The notes under the pieces were generated by a model. The model did no database searches. It was not told where the DNA came from and worked only from the letters and a program-made list of their open reading frames with translations. A DNA stretch of 64,000 nt from Candidatus Eiseniibacteriota bacterium (GTDB lineage Bacteria; Eisenbacteria; RBG-16-71-46; JABDJR01), in contig CAVXKA010000001.1 in NCBI GenBank assembly GCA_963762255.1, positions 1,344,001 to 1,408,000 of the forward strand, written 5' to 3'. Made by a program: the position numbers and the translations under genes. Positions 56,649-64,000 of the stretch are shown one piece after another. How positions within the stretch are numbered: position 1 is the stretch's first letter; the number at the start of each line of letters is the position of its first letter.

Positions 56649-59600
56649 CTAGCGCCTCTTGGCCCGCTGCTTGACGGGACGCGGTCGCGACGCTGTCGCC
56701 ACCGCCGCGCGCTCGCCTGCGATCTGGAATGCGCCCGGCCAGCCACCGTGCTGCTCGATGACCTCGTCGATCTTCTGCATCAGACGAATAGTCTCAGCGA
56801 GGGCGACGACAATCTTCTGATAGTGGGCGATCTCTGCCTTGGAAAGCGTGCGGCCTTTGCGGTCCTTGAGCCACTTCTCGCACACTTGGTAGCCGCCGAC
56901 GTGGAAGTTCCAAACGTCCCCGGGCACGCCGCAGAACCCAATCGTGCCGGGCGTGGCGGGCTGGCCCTTCTTCGTCGCGGTGGCATCGAGCCAGACAGTG
57001 CCCTCCGACCAGCCGACCCGGCCGACTTCGGGGTTCTTCGGACCTGAGTAGTTAGTGATGAGGTGATCGAGCTTCGGTGAGTCCATCAGGTGTAGGGCCA
57101 CGAGTGTGGAGCCGAGTTGGATGAGCTCGCGGTTCAGCGCAGGAGACGAAGGCCGAGGCACCCTCGCGTAGTCCCGTTGGAGCTCCCCTTGAAACCGGCG
57201 GCGATACTCTGGCGAGAAGAGCACCGCGTAGATCGTGTAGAGCATCTCCTCCGCTGTGTGGACATCGAGGCGACTTGTCCAATCCGCATACACAGCAGGG
57301 GCAATGTTTGCATGCCCTCTATCTCCGGAGGCTGTCTTGAACAACGGCGTGTCATCTTGAACTCCAGTTAGGTACAGCGGGAACACCTGCGTGTTGCGAT
57401 CGTGAGTAGCGGCTTTGTATTCCACAAGCCCTCGGCAAACGAGCACGTTGTCATACGGTTTCCCGGTTACGCGACGGGTTGAAAGCAGAGCAAGGCTGCC
57501 AGCGAGCAGATGCTTCATGACCTCTTGGCGCGGTTCGCCAATGATCAACGGGTGATAGACGACGTACCGCATATCGAATGGGCGATAGAGGATCGGGCGA
57601 ATACACGACTCAGCATCTTTCAGCGTCGTCTCAGCACGTGCTCGATCGAAGTCAAAATGCGAGCTTGAACACAAACTGAACCGCTCTCCCAGACTTCGCC
57701 GCGACTCGGCCTTGTCGAAGAAAATCTCTAGGTTGTTGCGGAGCTCGGCCCGGGTGAACGCAATCGCCAGTGAGTCGTGCCGGGTCGCGAGGGCTGCGCC
57801 GTTGAATGGAAGTGGTCTTCCGCTCCGGATTCCGCCTGCAAAAACGTCCGGAAGTGAAAGCCACGACTCCCATGCAGCTGAGGTGTCAGTGAAGGTGGGC
57901 TGGAAGTAGCGCTGTGGGGCGATGGGAGACAGTCTCTCGAATGCAACCGTTCCCAATCTGCTGGACGCCAGCCACAGAGCCTTCTCATCACGAGATCCTC
58001 GCACAGCTGCAAGGTCCACGAGCCGCTCAGTCTTGCCAATCGTACTTCCCAAGAAGATGGCTACCCCTTGCTGAATATCGAAGACGTTCTGGTCGGCCGC
58101 TGTTGCGTCCACTCGACGGGAATTGCCTCCAAGATCCGTTAGTCGAATGACCCGGTAACACCCCATCAGGTCGGCGCGCATGTCCCGGAATAGGGGACCG
58201 TCTAGGTAGCTGTTGTCCGTGATCATTCCTAAGACATAGCTCCCCGCACTCTCCAAGATTGTGGAAGCGAGGCACATAAACTTGACGTAATCGTTGGATA
58301 GAGCTTGCCGTTGGATCTCTTCGGTCTTGATAGTCGTCTTGTAACGCTCCATCAAAGAGTCGATCCATTCACCCTGATTCTGGGAAAGCTTCGCGTAGGG
58401 CGGATTGCCGATCACCACAGTAAACCGCTGCTTCCGCTTGATCTCGTTGACCGCTTGCGCCTCGTGGGCGAGCGCCGGCAGAAAGTCTAAGGTAAGTTGT
58501 CTGCTGCTCGCAGGCTCCAGCGCGTTGGTCAGGTATACCCGCGCCCGCTCGTCGCTACCGAAACGGTAGCCCGTCTCGTAAAGCTTCAACCCAATTTTGA
58601 GATGCGCGATGGCGTAGGGGGCCATCAAGAGCTCGTAGCCGTGCAGGCGCGGTAGGAGGTGCCGGGGCACGTACTCGTTCCACAAGGCCTCAATCTTCTT
58701 ATCGCTTTGGCCATGGGCGTTCCAGTTGGCGAGCAGAGTCTTGTGGATGAGGTCGATGGCTTCGACTAGGAACGTACCCGTGCCGGTGGCGGGATCGAGG
58801 ATCTGGACGAAGGCATGGTCGGGGGAAACGCCCTCGGGGATCTTGATGTCCTTGTGGCGCCTAGCCATCTCCCCCCAGGTAGTGATATCGGCGAGTCCGT
58901 CGGTGAGGCCGAACTCGCTTCGCAGTAGCTCGTCCACCGAGCGCACGATGTAAGAGACCACCGGCCGCGGTGTGTAGAAGACGCCGCGTTGCATCCGCTT
59001 CTTAGCATCATATTCCTTGAGGAAGAGCTCGTAGAAGTGGATGACCGGGTCTTCCTGCGGGTTTCGGTCGCCGAAGTCGCGGACGACAGCTTCCATGTGA
59101 GTGTTCGGGTCGTCGAGCAGCTCAACAACCTCGTTCACACCCAGCTCGTCGAAGTCGATGCCCGGCCCACCTGCCTTGCCCCGCCGTCCGCCAACGTGGA
59201 GGAAGGTCTCCATCAGCTCCTTGAGGAACGGATTGGTCCGCATGTGGCCCGCGAAATCGTCTACCGTCTTCTTGTGGGGGTCTGCGATGCGGGCCGAGAG
59301 CAGGCCGTAGGCAATGGTCTGGGCATACATGTCAGCGAAGCCGCCGTCGTCGAGGTCGTGGATCAACGCCTCCTGGAAAGCCTTCCTCAGCTTGGTGACG
59401 GGGCCGTGCTCGGTCTCAATGGCGAGGACGGTGTGGATGCGGTCGCGGATCCTCCTTGCCAGCTTCGCCAACTCCACGGCCAGGGCCTTCGAGGTCTTGA
59501 TGACCTCATCGGGCCGTAGAGTGAAGGCCGATCGCCACTTCTCGCGCCACCGGTCGATGTTGGATTCGTCCTCTGGCCACGAAAGTTTCGTGGCAAGCTC

Positions 59601-60101
59601 GGTGGCTACGCCATCGAGATGAAGCGCGGTATCGCGATCGTTCCACCCGAGCACCTTCAGGATCGGGAGGTCGGCCTTGGCTCTGTCCTGCGAGAAATGC
59701 GCGAAGCTAATCTGGCGCTCATCGCCCTCGCCGTAATTGGAGACGAAGAGCAGGTCGTCGGCTGCCCAGGCGGTGCGCTCGGCGCTGTTGGCCGAGGCGC
59801 GTTTCTTGAGTGCAACCTGGCTTAGAATGCGGCGCAGCGCGACGATGGGAAGCTTCTTCGGTTCGAACTTGATGAAGAAGATGCCCCACGGCTGGCGGGG
59901 CGAGAGCGGGCGCAGCCGTTTGATCTCTTGGATCTTGGCGGCGCTCGCTGCGTCGATACCCAGCTCCTCTGGCGTGTACTCGAAGGTCAGCTCCTCGAAG
60001 CTCTCCTGACTGATTGGCCAGCCAATCTCGTCGCGTAAGTAGGCGATGAGTTGGTCAAACCGCTTGATTTTCGCGAGTACAGCGCGGTGGTCGGTCGGCA
60101 T
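56649..60101 (-). CDS. Type ISP/IIG-like N6-adenine DNA methyltransferase with target-recognition region
   Basis: FADMYAQT, HFYELFL, GVFYTPRPVV, ILDPATGTGTF, GNPPY, YRPFD, C-terminal VGGYQVCEKWLKDRK. Confidence 0.9.
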   Translation of the reverse strand: MPTDHRAVLAKIKRFDQLIAYLRDEIGWPISQESFEELTFEYTPEELGIDAASAAKIQEIKRLRPLSPRQPWGIFFIKFEPKKLPIVALRRILSQVALKKRASANSAERTAWAADDLLFVSNYGEGDERQISFAHFSQDRAKADLPILKVLGWNDRDTALHLDGVATELATKLSWPEDESNIDRWREKWRSAFTLRPDEVIKTSKALAVELAKLARRIRDRIHTVLAIETEHGPVTKLRKAFQEALIHDLDDGGFADMYAQTIAYGLLSARIADPHKKTVDDFAGHMRTNPFLKELMETFLHVGGRRGKAGGPGIDFDELGVNEVVELLDDPNTHMEAVVRDFGDRNPQEDPVIHFYELFLKEYDAKKRMQRGVFYTPRPVVSYIVRSVDELLRSEFGLTDGLADITTWGEMARRHKDIKIPEGVSPDHAFVQILDPATGTGTFLVEAIDLIHKTLLANWNAHGQSDKKIEALWNEYVPRHLLPRLHGYELLMAPYAIAHLKIGLKLYETGYRFGSDERARVYLTNALEPASSRQLTLDFLPALAHEAQAVNEIKRKQRFTVVIGNPPYAKLSQNQGEWIDSLMERYKTTIKTEEIQRQALSNDYVKFMCLASTILESAGSYVLGMITDNSYLDGPLFRDMRADLMGCYRVIRLTDLGGNSRRVDATAADQNVFDIQQGVAIFLGSTIGKTERLVDLAAVRGSRDEKALWLASSRLGTVAFERLSPIAPQRYFQPTFTDTSAAWESWLSLPDVFAGGIRSGRPLPFNGAALATRHDSLAIAFTRAELRNNLEIFFDKAESRRSLGERFSLCSSSHFDFDRARAETTLKDAESCIRPILYRPFDMRYVVYHPLIIGEPRQEVMKHLLAGSLALLSTRRVTGKPYDNVLVCRGLVEYKAATHDRNTQVFPLYLTGVQDDTPLFKTASGDRGHANIAPAVYADWTSRLDVHTAEEMLYTIYAVLFSPEYRRRFQGELQRDYARVPRPSSPALNRELIQLGSTLVALHLMDSPKLDHLITNYSGPKNPEVGRVGWSEGTVWLDATATKKGQPATPGTIGFCGVPGDVWNFHVGGYQVCEKWLKDRKGRTLSKAEIAHYQKIVVALAETIRLMQKIDEVIEQHGGWPGAFQIAGERAAVATASRPRPVKQRAKRR

Positions 60102-60105
60102 CTGT

Positions 60106-63100
60106 TCAGCCCTCGTTGAGTTCCATCCAACACTTGAGCGCCGGTTTCACGCCGACAGGGGCGTCGACGCGCTTCAGGTAGGTGTTCTTGATGTGCTTCT
60201 CGATCCTCCCTCGGAGCTCGACAAGGGTCAGCTCATCTGTGGTGCACTTTCGCGGGGTGTCGGGGTTGGAGCGGATGCCGGCGACGATCTCACCCGGCTC
60301 TTCGAGGATGGCGTCGCGGTCAAGGTCGTAGAGGTACCAGCGCGTCGTGCCGGCCGCTTCGGTGAACTCGCCTGCTTCCTTGTCGAGTGCGGGGAGCGCG
60401 TAACAGAAGAAGACCCCACGAGCGCCCTTGGTCGGGCGTTTCCGCCCGCTGAAGGTGGCGCCGGGCAGGCGCTTGAGACGCGCCTCCAGCTCGGGGTCGG
60501 CCTGGAGCAACGACTGGTACTCGAGGTGCATGTCCTCAACTGCTGTCTTGGTGCCTTCGTAGGCATGGTTGAACTCCCTCAGGGCGTCGTAGTCATCTTC
60601 TGGCGTAAGCAGCTTCTTGCCTTCGATGCCGAGGGTCTTGGAGATCAGTAGGGTCTTCTGCGTGACCTTGGTGTAGAGAGTCAGGATCACATTCAGATCC
60701 TCGGGCGGCAGGAAGTTCCAGAAGGTGACCTTGCCGCGGGACGGCGCAAGCTCCGGGTGATCGTCGAGGAGCCGCTTCTCGACCTCGGGATTCATGCGCC
60801 GGTCCACGCGGCCGATGCGCTGCATCAGACGCACGGGGTTCCAATGAATGTCGTAGTTGATCATCCGCGAGGCGTCCTGGAGGTTTAGGCCTTCGGAAAG
60901 GACATCGGTAGAGATTAGGATGCGGATCTCCCCGCGACCTTTCTCAGCAAGCGCCGCGGCAGAAATGCCGTTGTAGTAAGGGGAGAAGCACTGGATCACG
61001 TCGGCCCGGTTTCGCTTGGAGGCACTGTCGACCTGGGCGACACCATCGATGCCAGCCCCATCAAGCTGGCCCTTCAGGTAGCGGGCGGTGTCGGCGAACT
61101 CGGTGAAGATGAGAACCTTCTGACCAGCCAGTTCCTTGCTCTTGAGCAGGCGAATGAGCTTCTGCAACTTGTCGTCATGCTTGGGTTCGAACCTCCGGGC
61201 TTCCTCGAGAAAATGGACTAGTTGAGCCAAGTCCCGGAAGGTCTCAGTCAGCATTGCCGGGATGTCGTACTCCTCGCGGTTGAGCCTCTCTACGGTCGCA
61301 AGTATTTCCTGAGGAACAACGTCCTCGTCCTCGGACTCCTCTTCATCGCTGCCCCAGAGTTCCATCTGACGATGCACCGCATAGCCGAGAATCTCCGCGT
61401 TGTCGATCTTCCACTGCTCGAGCTTCCTCCTTTCGATGTCGGTCTCGCTGTGGATTATCAAGAAGGCGAGCAGCTTCTGTAGTAGCCGATCACAGGACAA
61501 CTCAAAGGCGGTGACGGAGCTCTCGAACCTCTTAAGAAAGTTGGTTCGGATCAGGCCCACGACCTGCTTCTGCCGGTTCTGCTCGAAGGAGTCAATATCC
61601 TTGTCCGGCCCCTTGTACCAGTAGAGCGGGTAGTACATGGCCAGGGTGAAGAGCGGGTGCTTTCGGGTGAAGGCGTTCTCGAACATGTCTAGCAGCCTGC
61701 CGTAGGTCTTGCGGATTGAGTACGCAGCGACCTGAGGTGGCCGGCGCTCAGGGAAGGCAGTGGTCCTTCCGGACTCTCGGATCTGGCTCTCCTGCGCGTA
61801 GGCGCGACTGCGCTGGACGACGAGGTGCCGGAAAATCTCATCCTTGGCCAGGATCTCCTGGGCCTCGGTCATGTTCTCAGCAACGTCGGTGAGGTCGTGC
61901 CCGAGGATCTGCCTGAGCGCCTTCTCCATGTTGTTGAAGCGCGCACTCAGGTTGTTCACTCCGAGGGTGCGGCCGAAGTACGCCTCGTCGCGCCGCGTGA
62001 AGAGTTCCGCCATGTGGCGGAAGTCGCTCAGACGGTTATTGATCGGTGTGGCGGTGAGCATGAAGAGCGTCTTGGGCCGCGCCGCGCAGTCGAGCAGGTC
62101 GTAGAGTTGGTAGTACCGGGAGGGGTCAGTCCCTTCGTCCGGGTCGCCCCGGCGTCCCGGATTGCGGAAGTGATGAGCCTCGTCGATGATCACGACATCG
62201 GCTAGATCCGCGATCCGCCGGAATCGCTCGGGGAAGTCCCCCTTGCGGCCGAGGTCTGTGTGGCTGAAGACCGCGAGGTTGCTGAAGTCGGCGTTCCCCC
62301 CGACGCCCCCGATGTGCGAGAGCCACTCGCGCAGGTGCGGCTCCCACACGCCCTCCTTGGTCGCCTTGGGAGCAAAGAGCACCACGCGCTTGCCTTCGTG
62401 CAGCACCAGCCGCTCGATCAGCATCAAGCCCACGAAGGTCTTGCCGAGACCGACACCGTCGCAAAGGAAGGCACCGCCGTGCTGGCGCGCGATCTTCATC
62501 AGTGCCCAGTAGGCCTCCTTCTGATAGCGATCGAGCCTGGGAAACATCTTTGAGCGGGTCTCGTCCCACTCGGTTGCTGTCAGCTCGTGCCCTCGGAAGT
62601 ACTCCTGGAGCGCCTTGGCGTAGATGTCGAACGGGGTATAGAGCTGGGTGTGGCGCGAAATGGTGTCGATGACGGCGTCGGTCACCTCGCTGGCATCGAT
62701 CCAGTGTGCCTCGAACCACTCTTGGAGCTGGGCGACCTCGCGAGCACTCTGGACCTGAATGTTGAGCTCGATGTTCTTGGTGAGGCCGGGAGCGGTGAAG
62801 TTGCTCGAGCCCACCAACGCCTGCGAACCGACCACTTCGAGCTTGGCGTGCGTGATATAGGCTTTCGCATGGAACTTCTCACGGTCGTAAACGCGGCACT
62901 CGATCTGCCTCGATTGGAGTGCCTTGAGGATCGCCGGAACGCCGTGGAGGAAGGGGTTGGTTTCCTTGTCGGCCTCGATGCTCCCGTCGAGGATCTCTAC
63001 GGCGCGCGAGCGCACGGCATCGAGGAGCGCCTTGCGGGTGCGATGCGTCATCTCGGCGCCCATCAGAATCCGGATCTTCTCCAGCGGCTGCCACTGTCCG

Positions 63101-63255
63101 TCGAGGGCAAGCAGCGCACCGATTTCGAAGTAGCCCGTCGCGATATCGAACCCCTTGGCGATGCCGGACCACTCCTTGAGGTAGCGGAGCCCGGTCCACC
63201 CGGAGACGCTGTTGTCGACGATGAAAAGGTCGCGGCCTTTGGAGTCAGTGGTCAT
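60106..63255 (-). CDS. PLD-nuclease fused to SNF2-like SF2 helicase
   Basis: IATGYF, FHAK..VGSSNFT..NIELN (PLD); DGVGLGKT, DEAHH, LTATP, STDVLSEGLNLQ, QRIGRVDR. Confidence 0.9.
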   Translation of the reverse strand: MTTDSKGRDLFIVDNSVSGWTGLRYLKEWSGIAKGFDIATGYFEIGALLALDGQWQPLEKIRILMGAEMTHRTRKALLDAVRSRAVEILDGSIEADKETNPFLHGVPAILKALQSRQIECRVYDREKFHAKAYITHAKLEVVGSQALVGSSNFTAPGLTKNIELNIQVQSAREVAQLQEWFEAHWIDASEVTDAVIDTISRHTQLYTPFDIYAKALQEYFRGHELTATEWDETRSKMFPRLDRYQKEAYWALMKIARQHGGAFLCDGVGLGKTFVGLMLIERLVLHEGKRVVLFAPKATKEGVWEPHLREWLSHIGGVGGNADFSNLAVFSHTDLGRKGDFPERFRRIADLADVVIIDEAHHFRNPGRRGDPDEGTDPSRYYQLYDLLDCAARPKTLFMLTATPINNRLSDFRHMAELFTRRDEAYFGRTLGVNNLSARFNNMEKALRQILGHDLTDVAENMTEAQEILAKDEIFRHLVVQRSRAYAQESQIRESGRTTAFPERRPPQVAAYSIRKTYGRLLDMFENAFTRKHPLFTLAMYYPLYWYKGPDKDIDSFEQNRQKQVVGLIRTNFLKRFESSVTAFELSCDRLLQKLLAFLIIHSETDIERRKLEQWKIDNAEILGYAVHRQMELWGSDEEESEDEDVVPQEILATVERLNREEYDIPAMLTETFRDLAQLVHFLEEARRFEPKHDDKLQKLIRLLKSKELAGQKVLIFTEFADTARYLKGQLDGAGIDGVAQVDSASKRNRADVIQCFSPYYNGISAAALAEKGRGEIRILISTDVLSEGLNLQDASRMINYDIHWNPVRLMQRIGRVDRRMNPEVEKRLLDDHPELAPSRGKVTFWNFLPPEDLNVILTLYTKVTQKTLLISKTLGIEGKKLLTPEDDYDALREFNHAYEGTKTAVEDMHLEYQSLLQADPELEARLKRLPGATFSGRKRPTKGARGVFFCYALPALDKEAGEFTEAAGTTRWYLYDLDRDAILEEPGEIVAGIRSNPDTPRKCTTDELTLVELRGRIEKHIKNTYLKRVDAPVGVKPALKCWMELNEG

Positions 63256-63393
63256 CGTGATCCCTCATCGAAGTGGGGCCTCGCCGGGGACGCCCAACAT
63301 ATGACTCGGCGGCGGGAGCCACCACACCGGATGCGCCATCTACCTCGCAGGCTCCGGGGCTGACGGGGCGATGTCGGCAGTGGCTGAACAACA

Positions 63394-64000
63394 TCACCGA
63401 CCCAGAGGAGCCGCACGTCCATGACGACGGGCTGGTCTCGCAATCGACGGAACTACCTTGATGAAGACAAGGTAGAGAAGAACGACGACGACAATAATGA
63501 CCGCGACCCACTTGTCGATGGTGGCGTGGTGGAACAGGCCCATTAGCGCAGCGATGAAGAAAGCGACTGGGAGCGCCTTTGTTGGCAGTGTGACGCGGAG
63601 ATCGGTCCCGGGGCCAGCGTTCTGGGCGAGCCGCTGCCAGACTATGATCAGCATCCAGTAGGCTGATAGCGTTGCCCAGAAGAGAGTGTGGAGAGGCCAC
63701 TTGTCCATCCACGAGATGTTCGCGCCAGAGCCGAAGAAGCTATCTTTGGGCGTCAGAAACGTGAGTGCTAACAGGAGGAGCACGAAGTTCGTAAGATCGA
63801 TTAACTTCATTCCAAGAGAGTAGAGTGTCTTTTCGACCGGATGGTCTTCGATCAGGTTTGAGGTGTAGACCGTATCATTGAACACTAGAAGCGCCACGAC
63901 AGCAGCGAGGCATATGCCGGTTGCGTCACGCGCGGCGAAGGCCATAAAGAACTGGCGCATCGCGGCAATGAACGCAATGCCGAATATGATGTTATAGAAC
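63394..64000 (-). CDS. Multi-pass membrane hypothetical protein (5' end probably beyond window)
   Basis: About 6 hydrophobic segments; the frame stays open upstream of ATG 63960 (FYNIIFGIAFIAAM); lower GC. Confidence 0.6.
   Translation of the reverse strand, partial: FYNIIFGIAFIAAMRQFFMAFAARDATGICLAAVVALLVFNDTVYTSNLIEDHPVEKTLYSLGMKLIDLTNFVLLLLALTFLTPKDSFFGSGANISWMDKWPLHTLFWATLSAYWMLIIVWQRLAQNAGPGTDLRVTLPTKALPVAFFIAALMGLFHHATIDKWVAVIIVVVVLLYLVFIKVVPSIARPARRHGRAAPLGR

Larger units (their letters stand above)
49754..64000. mobile_element. Integrated element (defective prophage or satellite-like island); right end outside window
   Basis: att-like tRNA remnant on the left, then terminase, ParB, MTases, RM-like genes and lower-GC patches; no housekeeping genes. 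No integrase in window. Confidence 0.68.

Noticed and set aside
56649-63255. Calling the locus DISARM or BREX
   Set aside because: No DrmA/DrmB (DUF1998), PglZ or BrxC in the window, and the PLD is fused to the helicase.

Overview
GC-rich bacterial chromosomal window with two parts. Positions 1-49.7 kb are host backbone: S46 peptidase, DEAD-box helicase, CDF transporter, ThiS/MoaD plus beta-propeller pair, ettA, ferredoxin-NADP reductase, SPFH plus RHH regulator, acyl-CoA dehydrogenase, fbaB, satP, M29 aminopeptidase, a Ni/Co ECF transporter divergent from a MauG-like diheme enzyme and a heme-bearing beta-barrel, two Hanks kinase-TPR proteins, an ECF sigma/anti-sigma pair, an M16 peptidase pair, ClC channel, GH92, XylFGH-like ABC transporter, asnS, TonB-like/ExbBD and a Fic protein. 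Many genes between about 19.7 and 43 kb are broken by small frameshifts, most likely assembly indel errors. At about 49.75 kb there is a 13-nt remnant of an initiator-tRNA-like 3' end with a terminator (minus strand), which probably marks the left junction of an integrated element running past the window end. The element carries a DNRLRE-like secreted protein, an RHH-like protein and a Dam-like MTase-ParB-TerS-TerL(gpA) module with no following portal or capsid gene. After these come a palindrome-rich spacer, a Cys-rich Zn-ribbon protein and a two-gene PLD-SNF2 helicase plus type ISP/IIG-like adenine MTase candidate defence system. All calls come from motif recognition by eye; no database searches were run.
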